Origin: Klebsormidium nitens
Lineage: Eukaryota; Plantae; Klebsormidiophyceae
Reading direction: 5' to 3'
NCBI GenBank assembly: GCA_000708835.1
Contig: DF236957.1
Span: forward strand, 310,001 to 374,000
Length of the DNA: 64,000 nt
Made by a program: the position numbers and the translations under genes. Position 1 is the first letter of the stretch. Each line of letters begins with the position of its first letter. Under the pieces are notes generated by a model. That model did no database searches, had not been told where the DNA came from, and saw only the letters and a list, made by a program, of their open reading frames with translations. Shown here piece after piece: positions 37,286 through 50,768 of the stretch.

Positions 37286-40200
37286 CTGAAAGGTGGACGA
37301 GAACAGGTTAGGGGGTTGACATCTGGAGCATTTTGACGCGGTTTCGGGGCGCGTTAGGCCAACTTCATGAAGAGCGATTGTTTTGGCGCCATCGACTGTG
37401 AGGTGAAGGAATGCAGGTGTGGCTGGGTAACATCAGGAAAGAAGTCAAGCGCAGGTTAGGGAGAGGTAGTGGAAAGTTGCATGAAGTTGCTTTCCCGAGC
37501 ATTGAGCTGGGTTAGAAAGCGGTTAGCGAAGGAAGGGACGGTGCCTCAGTCATGAGGTCGAACAGCACTGGAGCTGTGTGGGTTTGGCTCCTGAGCATCT
37601 AACATGTGCGAGAGGAGGATAAGTACAGGTTGAGAAAGAGGTTGTAAATTTCAACATTCAAGGAATCTGAGAGTGAGTCCAATGACCAACTTCACTAGTC
37701 AGCAAGTGTGGACTTTTCAGAAGAACTCTGTAAGCGGATATGACGGAAATATCGATGGGTCGCGATAAAGCGAAGTAGAGGTGGTAAAAAAGGATGCTGG
37801 GTGGTAGGCCTCTGGAAGTAGGTTACGTCAAGGTTTTCTAAGAGGAGTTAGTCAGAGACTTCGTTTTGGAAGACCGAGTATAGAATCAACTTGCAGAATT
37901 GAACTCCAGTTTCTGTATTCATGCTTGTAATTATCCACTGCTGGCTGCAATATAAGAGCAGAAAGATGCCCTAGCGCAGGAGTACCTGGCACAAGATTTT
38001 GCACATCTGCTGTATGGCTGGCTAGAAACGGATTCATGTTACCGAGCACGAACAAGGGGTTCCCATCTCCGCTGTTACTTGAAACGGCATAGGCCGTTGA
38101 CTCAGTATCTGAAACCTGAACTGATGTGCTCAGGTGTATCACAGATACTTGGCTTTGGGTGTGATGTGAGAAAGATGGGGCAAATCAGGCCAAAAGAGAA
38201 ACAGAGAGACACGACTGGCATGTCAATGTCATTATGTAGGTCCGGTGTCCAGATGTCATGTATCAAATACCAAGAGAATTCTCTCTTGAGTCGCTTCAAC
38301 AAAACCATGTTGCTGGTTTACAAAATGCAATGCCCCCAAAGGGAAGCTTTGCTCTTTCGTCGGGCAAACGGGCTTCCCAGGGCTCAGCTTCCTCTTTCAT
38401 GAGATTTCTGTTCAGTGTGTTGTCTAATGTTACTCAGATGACGTCAAGCAGGTGGAGCCATTGGTTTGCAGTCTTCCAAAACTCTGCATATCCCAAATGC
38501 TGACACTTCGGAAGGTCTACTCTGAAAGATCTGAAAAGCGTACTGGGTCTTGGGCAGTTCCAAGAAAGTCAATGAGGACTTTCCGAAAATTTTCTTTTGA
38601 TCTCAGGACAAAGTGTCTGTTGAACAATGACTTCTATTTCTAGGGGATAGAGTACTGAGGGCAAAGAGAAGTATCGACGGCCCTGCTCTTCAAATTCCAA
38701 ATTCTCGAATCTGACCAGACACTTGTTGTTATGGACCGCCCAAACCCGCAACTGATGTAATGCTGCTGGGAACTATCTGACCCTGCAGGGTCACGGGTGC
38801 AACTTGACATAGAGAGCTTTAAACTGCTTATCAGGCCCTGTTGTCAAGAAGCATGAAGGACTCGTCGATTGCCTTTGAAAAATGGACGCGGCCTTCAGCC
38901 TGGCCCCATGGTTAGGCTAAGCTTGAATTAAGATGGTTATAATGCTAAGCTATTTGTGGAGCTAAGAGGGCCACATCAATGTTCCTTCAGAGCAAGAACT
39001 CATGCAAACCAGCATCAAATGTATCCAGATTGACCTGCACATGACTCTTTAGCATTGTGCTCTCTCACCTCTCGCTTGCACTCTCCGCAATTGCACATTC
39101 CTCCTTTTCACATCTCCTGACTGTGCGTGCGCCACCAAGCAAGCATGCCACCCGGACAATGCCAGAGACTTGGCCGAATTTGCAAGCCGAGGCAGAATTC
39201 CTGAGGCACGTACAGGAAGCGGGCATGCCGTCACGCACTGCGCAAGAGTCGCAGACGCCATGCTGGTGCTTCTATGAAACAGAATGCAGGAAATTCCTCG
39301 AGGCCAAGCTGAAGTTGAAGAGATGTTCGCCCTTATTTCAATTCATGGTACGAAACGCAAGATTGCGAGTGTGCCGCGCGCGCTGCATGGCGCACATGCA
39401 GTGCGCGGCCGCCGCGCCCGATCGGATGCAAATGGTACGTCAGCGCAGAGCTTGAAGAGGCGGGATGAATACTGTATTCAGGACCTTGTGCTTCCGAGCA
39501 GATACATTGTGATTGCAACAAACATGCTGGTTTGGTGGCGCGGGTGGTGTCAATTGACCTTCAGTATTTTGGTCTCCACTGACATCTCACTTTAGCATCT
39601 GCCAGGCCTGCTTGGCATACAAAATCATGCCCTTTGCTTTTTCGCGGATACATGCAGGCGTTCACATCTGGCGTACAGAAGAGGAGACGAACGCCAGCTA
39701 TGAGCTTTTTCAACCACGCAGCATTCGAAAGTGGAGATCGTGCAACCATTCACAACTGTTTACCTGTCCAGAGACTTATTCAATTTGAAGAACGTGCCAT
39801 GGCATGGCACTTAATCGTACCAAACAAGCATGCTTCTGTGCTTTGTCAGTCCAGAAGAACATCAGACCTTGGCAGGAGATGGTCAATACACATCATCGAC
39901 GATCACGGAAATCTTCTGAGGTCACCAGCATCTGGTCGACTTCGCAACTATAAAGCAAACTGTATCTACTTATCGTCTTGCATGCGCCTTTTCAAAACGT
40001 CGTAGTATTGGTCAACTCTGAGCGCCGTAACGGAAACACAATAATGTTTCGTCTGCCTTTCCTTAGCCTCCACAACTTTTGACTTCAAGCCCTGTCCGTA
40101 CGGCCTTGAGCTAACACGGGTCTACTACGCTAGGATTGTCGACTGAGTGCCGTCTATGCTAGGACTCTCGACTGACTGCCCTAGGCTAAGGTTGCGTTGG

Positions 40201-40564
40201 CCTCTGTTAGAAGCGACGAACGTACTAATCAAATTGAAGTATGCCAGCGCAGTTACTACTTGTAATAGGCTAAACTCTCAGTAGTCCCTCTTTCCTTCAA
40301 CACACCCGTTGGTTCCTCAGGCGAATGTTTGGACTGTGCGTTGTCGCATTCCTCGACTTGTATTTCTGGGGAAACCTTGCTGAAGAGGACCGTGAAGAGG
40401 GAAAAACCCCTCCCAAATGGTCAACGGGAAAGGCAAGTGGTTGGAGAGGCTACGACGCTGATCAGCTTAATTCGTGTTTTTGACGACAGCCTCAAATAGC
40501 ACCCCTTGCACACGACGCTAGCAAAAAGGACAACTCAGGAAGGTAGCGAACGGACTGACTGCAC

Positions 40565-41559
40565 TCAGAGTTCCTTTGAGCTCGCTGAACCGAACACCGG
40601 ATCGTTCCAGGCGAGGAACATCCAAACGGCAGTGATACCTGTAAACAAAAGAGACACGGCTCGTTCTCAACAGCAATTGGTCGAACGGGCCATTCTGAAA
40701 GGATTTCGAGCTTTCAAACACTGCAAAGTCACGAGAGAATATTTCCAGTGAAGGCAGTCTAGGGTGCTTGTCTTGGACATCGTACTCTGATGCGCTTACC
40801 CTATTCGGTTGTATGTTGGCTGCATCTACACTTTACCAGAAGACAAGCATAGAAGAAGCGTCTTGGAAACGAACGGATCGTTCAGAACCCCTACCTGCGG
40901 TTAGGCCGGGGGATATAAGTTGCTTCGGCCCAATGGTCTTGAAAACGAAAGCTTCGGTTCCCAGGTGTGCGATCGCAAGCACGAACGAGAAGATCGTTGT
41001 GAAGTATATCGGAGCACTTTCCAAGTTGAAAGCGGTGACGATGCACAGGATGCAGGTCAGGGAAGTCCACGTGGCAAAGGTCCTGGCGTGAACGTCCACC
41101 ACTGCACGAGAATTATGTCTTAGTCTTACCAAGTCTGTTGAAGAGGTGACCACTTTCGAACTGATGAGACTCCAGGTGAATAACTGTGCAAGCTTTTTGT
41201 AATAACAGGCAGCCAAATTAGCCACATAAGACGGCCGATGTTGAATTGTCAGCTTGGAGAAGACAAGACCCCTGCCGCACTGTTGCATGGCCTCAAACAT
41301 AAGAAGTAGAGAGATAAAACAAGATGCAAGAAAGTTTGCTGCCGTTTCTCATCTTTGCGGATTGCTTGGTTTGGTATAGCGGGCTCGGTGCAAGCATCAG
41401 CTAAAGCAACTACCGGTATAAGTCAGCTCCCACAGATAACTCACATTGAATCCTGCTGAAGAGCCCAATCTGTAGGAGGTTCGGTTTGAAGAGCCCCAAG
41501 TAGACTGAGAAGAGCCGTAAAGCAGCAACAAAGAGCAGCCAAATGCTCAGTCGTTCCAT
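40565..41559 (-). CDS. ERG28: Ergosterol biosynthesis protein 28 (sterol C4-demethylation complex scaffold), 131 aa
   Basis: Exons 41559-41445, 41101-40895, 40638-40565 join in phase: MERLSIWLLFVAALRLFSVYLG...VDVHARTFATWTSLTCILCIVTAFNLESAPIYFTTIFSFVLAIAHLGTE...GITAVWMFLAW, matching the ERG28 family pattern. Confidence 0.95.
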
Positions 41560-42599
41560 TCTGCAGGATCAGCAGCAGGGACCATTTCGTTTGACTGATT
41601 TGCAAATCCAATTCCTGTCATATTGATGCCACATTTGTATTAATCTGTAATGAAACTGCGGATACAATGTGAAAACCGCGGTGTCTAAAGAGCTCACAAG
41701 CAAAAAGTCAACAAGCCTGAGAGCTGTGAAAATGTGCATCAATCAGGAACCATATTGGTATGTTGAAGAAACAGCATTGCAGACATATTGCAGAATGCCA
41801 CGCTTGCATCTATTTTCAAAGCGCTAAAACTGAACACTCATAGATCTGCTATCAAATGTAATGGCATCCCATAGATAGACCTTCAAAGCAACCACGGCAA
41901 CCGCTGCACCCTTTGAAGCAGCCCAGCACATTTGCTCGTTAGAATATACGAAGTACCAAGGGCCAGCTTGACGCAGAGGTAGCCCGCAAGAAGTTCACCT
42001 AGACCTCACCTTTCTTTGAAGCTCTTCTAATCTTCAAATGTTGAGCTGGAAAAGCTGCGCAATGGTGAGTAGGTACAAGCGCCTGTTGAAACAAATACCA
42101 GAGCTCCAAGTTAGCTGGACATCATGAGCAGTCCGAATCCAACTTCGGGCCAAGCATGGTGGGAAATGCTGCATATAGGATATCCTATGCTGGCGACGGC
42201 GTGCAGAGCTCTCGTCTTGACACCAGCCTGCATGGTGGCCGGGGCTCAGACACCGAGACTGCAAACGCTCCAAGAAACGCTGAATTTGTGCACACCAGGT
42301 GCTTCCGAGTCTGGCCATATGCCTGGGCCGGTTTTGAGCAACGGGACGTGCCGGTTCTTTGATTTTGCCGGCAAATCATTACAGACTCAGTACAGGCCAA
42401 CTGAAGATTTTGTGTCAAGGTCGCAGGTCTAGCTGCAGCGGCCTGGCTTGCTTTCGATTCCCAAAGCTCTTTCTTTCCGGCCTTCAAGTTCAAAGCTGCT
42501 GGCAGCTGCATGGGGATCGGATCAAGCTAGTGGCGGGCGTGCTGCATAGCGCAATCCTTGCATCAGACGCTTCGAACCGATCCTTGCATGAACCTCCCC

Positions 42600-45500
42600 A
42601 TGTCGGCGCTGCGCTTTGCAGCATTGGTCTGTCGCCTTCCCAAGAGAGCAGCGCCGAGCTCCCTCCGAACTTATGCTGCAGAAGCGAGGCAGCGAGAAGC
42701 GAGCGGGCGCCCTTCTGACGGCATCACTTCGACTTGGAGCCTTAAATTGGACTTTGGCGGTGATGCAAAAGACTCCAAGGTGTCAGTAACTAGTGTGATT
42801 AACGAGCTGATACGAGAGTGGCTGGGGCCCAGGAAGAAGAAGGGGCGGGAGCGGTTCAGTTGGTTTGTGCGGACAAAAAGCAGTGGGAGGGAGGTCGACG
42901 CAGATGGGTTTCTTTTCAAGCCAGGTTGGTGCATCCGTATTCTTTCACTGGGATTGCTTGATTGGATCTTGATACTGTGTTCTGCAACATGCATGTGGAT
43001 GACTTGCTTCCAATCGAGTCAGCTTTGGCAGCCAGAAGTTGTGCAGCAAGTGATTGAAGCTCTATGAGAAACTCAGCTTGCATGATTGAGTCTGATGACA
43101 CGACCACCACCACCACCATCATGATTGCTTATGCTTCAAAGCTGGGTCCTTGCGTCCACATGACTTGTTGCTTTGCCTGCCTTCCTTTGTTTGCTCATCA
43201 TGTCTTGCCTGGCGTCAAACGGTTTACTGCAAATTGGTTCGACACCAGAGGGTGGCGCTGTCAGTCGCCATGACTGTTTGTCTCTCATTTTCTCTTATTC
43301 GTTGGAGATTCTACAACCCTTGCTAAGAATTCACAGAAGAGCTGTATAGACCCCTCTCTCTCAACAATACCAAATCCCTTCTTTGTGTGCGCACGAATCT
43401 TTTCAGACTTCATTTACAACATGGCTATTTGCTTTACAACATGTTTTTCTGCTCCACAGAACCTTTCTCCTTACTCCTTCTACTGATTTGTGCCATCTCA
43501 CCTGATGCACCCCTTCCGAGACGAATGAGTACGCAATTCTGTCGTCTTTGTGTTAACAAAAAAGGTTGAACGACAGAGGAGTTTGTATGAGGACTCAGAG
43601 TTCCCATGTCAGTATGTTAGTCAATACTCATCAAAACACACACCTTTCTTCAGGAGAGCGTCTGTCCGTCCCTGGCTACCTCATCCGAGGCGTCCTGTAC
43701 GACCTCTCTTCTCTTTCCCTTGGGCGGGGCAACGTCGACCGTCTCGTCGAGAGGGGGCTAGTCCCCAAGGAACTTCTCCCCCCCGTTCCGGATGTGGAGC
43801 CCGAAACATTGGGGCTTGAGGATTTAATGGCAGACCAAGCAGGGGGCAGCAGACTGGGGTCTACCACCAGGCTCAAGGATGGCAGGGAGGAGGGGGGGAG
43901 TTTGTCCAGCCAAAGGACCCCCCTGAACGTGCAGAGTCAGGCGCTGGAAGCCCTCCAGAAGCCCACTTTTGGAGGGGGGGTAGGAAGTGCCGGGGAAAGC
44001 AACCCCCTGAAGCGGCGTGAGACAGAGGACGAGCTTGTGGGGCGTCTGGAGGAGAGGGCTCTGAGCGGTGCGCAGGCGAGCACGTCTTTCGAGACGGGGT
44101 CGGCTGGTGCGACAGAGTCGAAGGTGCTGGACATGGCGGCAGCTTTGGATGCAATCAAGGGTGCGGTGCAAAGTGGGGACGCAGAAACGGGTCCCGCAAA
44201 GACCCAACGACATGGTCGTTCTGGTGCTGATTCTAGTACGGGTATATCGTTACAGCCTCAGAGGCCAGAGAGTGAAGACGCTGCTTCCAAAGAAGAAAGG
44301 GGTGGGGGCACCTGGCTGACTGCAGCGCTGAACGAAACGTCTCGAGAAGAACAGAAAGCAGTCGTCGCAGCAAAACGAGAGGTTGAGCTGGACAAGACGA
44401 TTCGTAACAAGTACGAAGGGAAGCTTAAAAGTATTCGTGAGAAGGCTGCTACGAGGAAGCGCGAGGGAAGGGCTGTAGACGCGGGTGCATTTGACATTAG
44501 CCGGGCGACAAAAGTGGGCTGGAAGGGGGGCGCGATTGCAGTGCCTGGAGCGGGAGGGGGAACGAAGTGGCGGGTTCTGCCCGGGGCTGGGGAGCTGCTG
44601 AAGCATCTGAAGGTAAGCGAGAGGTTCTGAGTCCCTCTCGTCGATGCGAAGTGGCGTCTTTACAAAGCCTGGCCCTTACGTTTTTCTAGCTTGGTTTATG
44701 AGATATCTACAAACAGGATCAAACGCCTGCTTTTTGCTTAAACGTCTGCAACTGTTTTCTGAGGGGAAGACGAGTCAGGGCCCTGCTTCTAATTATGTGG
44801 TTATTCCGGCTGTGAGTGGGGCCAGAGTGCTCTTGATCATAAAGAAGCGATGCCTTCCGCTGGTTTCTCCTTGTCTCCTGGACGTTGTTCCTGCGCTTCT
44901 TCTCGCCGCAACTCATTCCTTTTGAAGCTGATCTGGTCAATGATGTTGAGTATGTAGGAACGTCACTATGTAGGAACGTCAATCTGTTGCCTCCTCACAG
45001 CTCCTTGGCCGCTAAGCTTACATAACAGTCGGCTCTTTTGTTGAAGTTAACTGCAAAACAGTCACCTCCTTTGGATACGGTTAGTTCGAGATGGGGCACA
45101 GTTTTATCGCAGCCCTGACCGTCAATCCCGCACACGCGCTTCTTCGTCATTCAATCAATTGTCACAACGTCCTGCCAAGTGGTCCAAATTCGACCGAGCT
45201 CATTATCCTGCTCTGAATCCAACTGGGCCCGTTCTCTCTTACAGGAGCGAGGTCTGAAACAGGGCCTCTTCGTTTCCGCTTCGGACCCGGACAAGGACGA
45301 GACTCTGCAGCAGCTGCTGGAGTTCAAGTTCTCCCCGCTCGAAGAAGTGACGGCGACGGACGACTCCCCGGGCACCTTCGTCAGGTGGTTATTCAACTAT
45401 GTTTCGGTTTTCCGAAATGCAACATTCGTCTTTGGGTTTATGTGACGCAAGTCATCACAAAACTACTTGCCGCCGCAAGGTCACCGTCCGTAGCTTGTCT

Positions 45501-46787
45501 TTAGTGTTGCCATTGGCTATCTCTTTGACGTCCTCTGTAAATGGCAAAAGTAACTTGACAACTCTGACAATGTTTGAAGTTCCGCGCGTGTCTCGTCGAT
45601 TGATGCCCGTTTCAAATTCTTGCCCGACCGTTCTTTCCTGAGGAGTCGGTTTCGCATCCCCACAGCTTATCGGGGTGTTTCTCCTTCGCTTTTGTTTGAC
45701 AGGGTACACGACTGTAGATCCTTCAGCCGAAGCACCCTGCAGTCCGAGCGCGACCAGAGTCAATCCATGCTGACCATTATCCAGTATAGTTTTTCTCCTT
45801 GAGAAGGATGCACAAGTTTGGGTTGCCCCAAGATAAGCTGGAGTACTATACGATGTGACAACGTGCACATCGCTGATTTGGGTTCTTGTATCCTTGCAGC
45901 CCTGAGACGTTCCGGCGGGTCTGTGACCAGTGGGGTCTTCCTCCAAAGCAGGTCTTGGTGGTAAGCCATTGCGTTTCCCCTCTTCTTCGACGTAGAGTAT
46001 CAGCCGGTTTGGGTCTCCATTGGTGGGACCAAGGTTCACTCCGACATTCTGATCCGTGGCCGCAAGAGAGCTGCAGAAGAACATGTGAACTTTTTGAAGC
46101 GCTCTTCAAATCAGCGTAGTTTCGACGAACTTTCGAGCAGTCTTTACATTAGGCAGATGACAGTTTTTGGAGGGCCCAGTCTGTTATTGCCTCGAATTAT
46201 GTTGGCCAATTCTTTGCTTTGCAGGTGGCTATTCCGCCCTTCATGATAAGAAAAGAAAATCAACAACAGAGACGTATGAACAGCTGCTTCGAAGGCGGTA
46301 GCCTCAGATGGACGAGCGATAAGTGGAGACAAATTTTCAGCAAAGCACTTGGGATCAATGATCAGGACGTTTTGTCGTGCAGGTAACTGGACCAGGCCCA
46401 GTGGGTCGCGCGCTTCTGGACGCTGTTGCCAGCAGCGGATGCTACCTCTGTCAGATGACACCGTACGGCGTTGCGCCCGTCGAGCCTCCGCCTACGTCAC
46501 CTCCCGTCAGTATGACGTCAGCTACCGTCGAGGAGATTGCAGCGTCGAACGGCGTTGGCCGGCTGAAGCAGTGGTTGGGTATCGACGACGAAAACCCGGG
46601 GGCTCGGGAAGCGGTCTCCCGGGGGAAACCAAAACCGCATTTCAAAGTGGAAGATGTGCCCGGGTTAAAGGCCGTGGTGGAAGATCTGAACGGAGTGTCG
46701 TATCGGCGGAGCACGATGATGCGGGGGTTGGGGTCGGGGAGGGAGCGCGCGGCTGCTTCGGCCGACAACGAGAAGGTCTTTGTGTGA
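42600..46787 (+). CDS. HAD-like (haloacid dehalogenase fold) protein with degenerate catalytic motifs, probably organelle-targeted
   Basis: Exons 42600-~42759 (donor uncertain), 43654-44612, 45245-45384, 45900-45960, 46383-46787; the last four join in phase. LIRGVLYDL, KWRVLPGAGELLKHLKERGLKQGL and PETFRRVCDQWGLPPKQVLVV follow HAD motif I/II/IV order. N-terminus MSALRFAALVCRLPKRAAPSSLRTYA resembles a mitochondrial presequence. Confidence 0.7.
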
Positions 46788-47727
46788 AAAGGGGACAATT
46801 CTGTTGCATGGCAGAGCATGTTTCCTCATGTTTAGATTGAAGAGATCAGACACATCATCGGCTTAGAAGCAGTCGCTGTTCCGGCACGCTTAAATCATTC
46901 TTGCGCAAGGTCATTATTACAGTACGCTTTGGGAGTCATGTTAACCTTTAATTGCTGCTCGCGTGTAATGCATGGTGGACGAATTGCTTTTTTAAAGCTG
47001 AACAGCGTCACGTAGCACGTCATGCATGCGGCTTGTTACCGGCTTGATATTATCATCCCCGACATTCAGCTCACGCATGCAGCTCGCATGGTGCCCCGGG
47101 CCCGTCTTTTTCAGATTCTCGATGCGTTGCAGAAACTACAGTAGGTATGCGTTTTCAATTGCGCCACGAATGGCTTTTGCATGGACTCGCTTTGCGGACA
47201 AAGAGCAATTGATAACAAGATCAATCTGACCGAGGCATCTCGTAATCAAGGTTTGCTCAAACGAGAATCACGTATGTCGTAAGCTCTCTAGTTATACATT
47301 CCCGCGACAGTAACCAATACCTCATTTTACAAGGTTCACATATATTGGCGCTTGAACGACAGTAGTACTTGCGCGTGAATCCTGCAAGATGGGCCAACTT
47401 GACGCCGATGCCATGGTCAATCTGCCCTAGTGACTACCAACTTTATCGTCAGATGATAGGCCGCCGGGAAATGCTCTGCATCCCAAGATTATGTCACTCA
47501 GTCTTTAACTAGGCCTTAGGTGGGCCTAGGTTTTCGTGTGCATGTTCAACTTGGAACCTGGCCTCTTCAATGACAGTGACCGTTGATCTGTACCTGATAC
47601 CAGAAAGCACGCCGTTCGATGAAGTCATGCACGCAGTTTGAGTGGTGATATGTCGGACATCCCATGGTTTTGTTCAACGTCTAGGTACGAGATCAAAGAA
47701 GAGGCGCTTCTCCTTCCGCCTTGCAGC

Positions 47728-49034
47728 ATGGCGGGCGAGCAATTGCGCGAGAAGGGCGGAAGGAACATGCAGAATGGCGGGGCGGGTAGCGACTTTGACA
47801 GCATCTGTCCAGATATTCTGGACTGCATCATGCAGAAGGCAGTGAAGGCTAAACCATCAAGCTTGACGCAGCTGGAACGAGTTAACAGGGCTTTCCAGGA
47901 CTCTGCAAGGCGGTGTTCCAGAACTCTAATCCTTCATCGGCGGTACAGAAAACGGTCGGCATCAGGAAAGCTGGACCCCCTGAAAGGAGAAGATGCATGC
48001 GCAGCACTCTGCAAAGAGATCAGCCTTCGGAGGTCGCTTTCTAAGCTGATTGTCCGAGAAGCCAGTGCATCCCTTAGGTTAGCTCTTTCCAACTGCAAAT
48101 GGAACAGTGTGGAGGCGAGTAGTACCTATGAGAAAGAGATTGCAAAATTCTGTGAGCTGTTCAGGGGGGCAAGAGAATCACTGAGAAGTCTGAACATTGT
48201 GAACGGGGCCTCCTGGAACTATCACGAAGATCTTGAGCAGATTGTGCGAGCTTTTCCGCAGCTCGAGAACTTGACCTTTCGCGGAGAGTGTCGCAGTCGA
48301 TACCGAATACCTGCGAAGGATTCCGTGAAGCATTGCGCCAGCCTGGAGTTTGCTAACAAGGCTCTCAGTAGGCTGGACTTCTCTGACATACCCTTTGATC
48401 ATATGGCAGACGTTGATTCGCATCTACCAGCTTGCCTTCAAAACCTTCGTTCCTTGAGGCTGAGGTGCCTATTTCATGTGTCCCTCAGCGACCCTGCTTA
48501 CGACAACAGCCTCTCCCCCCTAAGGCTTCTCAGAACTCTGCGGCTCAACGTGGGGCTCACCGTGTGGCCCGGCGGATTGACGTCTAAGCTCCAGGAGGTG
48601 GCGAAGTACTGCCCCTCTTTGCAGCGTCTCGTAATGCACGCAAGCCCCTATTCCACCGATTCGTGTACCGGGGTGCGGGCCGGGGGCAGGTCCTGAACTT
48701 TCCTGATCTTTCTGACAAGTGCCCCGAATTGGAGCGGCTGTTGATCAGTCGAAGCGAGGTGGTATCCGGAGCCGACTTCTCAGAGCTTGTGCTTCTACAC
48801 TGCGGCCCAAATGCATTGAATCTGAAGAAACTTTATTCGAAGATTCTCATTCTCGAAGACGCCGACCTGTGTGAAGAAAAGTGCGGCCCCTTCTGCTCGG
48901 TGATTGGGGTTTGTTGTGTATTCTCGCAATTTGCTCCATTGATTGACTGGGACGATCCCGAAACCCAGGAACGACTTCTGGGCAAAGCGGAGGCTGTCCA
49001 GCTTTGGTGCGAAGCTTATTGTCAAGGAGGATAA
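47728..49034 (+). pseudogene. F-box/LRR (RNI-like) gene copy 1, frameshifted near 48650-48690
   Basis: Intronless. F-box-like FDSICPDILDCIMQKAV...LTQLERVNRAF, then LRR-like units (FPQLENLTF, LQNLRSLRL, CPSLQRLVM). The C-terminal 120 aa lies in another frame (48663-49034) yet is collinear with copy 2. Confidence 0.78.
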
Positions 49035-49654
49035 AGATGGACAAGGCACTGAGAAGCGGGGAGCATGAACGGCGGTAGAGCCTGCGTTCGTTCATCAAAG
49101 TCATCGGCTCACGTACTGTATTTTGGACTCACTTAGGGGATGATATCAAAAAAGGATGGGGGGATGGCTGGCAGATGGTAAAAATTAGATTGCTCAAGGA
49201 CGAGTCCATGCATTCGGAACTTCCAATGTAGACGCTGTAGGTCCGAGCATGAACTGAAGTACCTTCGGCCATTGCATGCGCTTGTGAGTTCTTAAGTTGT
49301 TATAGAAACGCAACCATGGCGGCATGGTATGAACACGCAGAAAGGCGTCAACGGTTTGGAGCTATAGGAGGGATAAGTATATAAAAGTGGTTCATGGAAC
49401 GGAAGGAAGCTTGATTACTAGTAAACAAATAGCTTTGGTCCGTTCGAAACTGTGTGATAGATTTCCTTGGCATGCGCAGCTTACCGTACACCTATGGCAT
49501 GGATCGCCTATACCGTACTGCATGAGCAATTTACGTTAAGATTGCCGCGATTCAATGAATTCAAGCCCTGTTGGGACACGATACTGAACCAAAGTCATTT
49601 TGAGCTTTGCAGCCCTGTCAGATGACGCCTTACGTGCGCGTACGACACCTTTCT

Positions 49655-49905
49655 TCGACATGACGTCGGCTAATGCGGAGGAGATAGCAACGTCGAACGG
49701 CGTTGACCGGCTGAAGCAGTGATTGGCAATCGACGATGAAAACCTGGGGGCTCGGGAAGCGGTCTCCCGGGGCCGGGGGAGCATTCTAGGGTGGAAGATG
49801 TGCCCGGGTTAAAGGCCGTGGTGGAAGATTTGAACGGAATGTCGTAACCGCGGAAAACGATGATAGGAAGCGCGCATCTGCTTCAGCCGACAACGAGGTC
49901 TTTTC
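49655..49905 (+). pseudogene. Decayed duplicate of the 3' part of the HAD-like last exon
   Basis: Aligns to 46510-46790; TGG->TGA at about 49720, TAT->TAA at about 49846, and deletions. Confidence 0.85.
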
Positions 49906-50768
49906 TCAGGGTAGGTATGAAGATATCAGGCACAACATCTCATGAGCAGTCGCTGTTCCGGCACGCTGAAATCCATCTTGCGCAAGTTCATTGCTTCCTT
50001 GCTCAGTCCTTATATATTATCTTTTTGGAGTCCAGTTGGTTGCATTGCTGCTCGCGTACATTGACGTGGACGGATCTTTGCGGAGGTGCGTCATATGAAT
50101 GCGGCTGGTTACCCTTGACATTGTTATCCGCAAAATTCAACTCAGCTCGCGGGGCCCCTGCCTTCTAGCTTTAGGTTTTTCAACGCGTTGCAGAAGCTAC
50201 AGGGGGTCGGCGTTTTCATGCGCCACGAATGGTTTTGGATTCGCTATGAGGACAAAGGACCTTCATTACATACTCAATCTGACTGAGGCATCTTATTTAG
50301 ACGTTTTGCAAACGAGATTCACGTTTCTCATATGGTCTCTCGTTATACAATCCCGTGTCGGACAGGAAACGATACCTTATTTTACAAGATCCACATGGCG
50401 CTTGAAGGACAGTAGTAAGCTTGCATTTGTCCTGTAAGATGGGCCATGTTGAGGCCGATGGTCGATCTGGCCCAGCTGTGACTACTTTATCGTCAGATTT
50501 GATAGGCCGGAAAACGCTCTGCAAGATGCCAAACGTCTGTGATATCCCAACATCAAAAGTAATTCAGTCTAGGCCTATAGTGCGTGCATGTTTACTAGGA
50601 ACCTGGCCTCTTCACTAATCGTCGATCTTAGTAGAAAGCACGCTGTTCGATATTGACGTCATCCACGCGGTTCGATTGACTGATGAACCTTGATCAGTGC
50701 ATCCCATGCTTTTGTTCAACGTCTAGGCTCGAGATCAAGAAAAGGCGCTTCCCCTTCCGCCTTGCAGC

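Noticed and set aside
37850-38760. Stop-poor plus frame upstream of the DLH gene
   Set aside because: Possibly a relic, but no family is recognisable and there are several stops; not supportable.
45630-46240. Possible junction echoes in HAD-like introns (also 53780-53880 in GH63 and 3310-3340 in EamA)
   Set aside because: Similarity is too weak to call by eye.
48665-48689. 25-nt GT..AG as an intron rescuing the F-box copy 1 frameshift
   Set aside because: Too short, and removing it does not restore the downstream frame.
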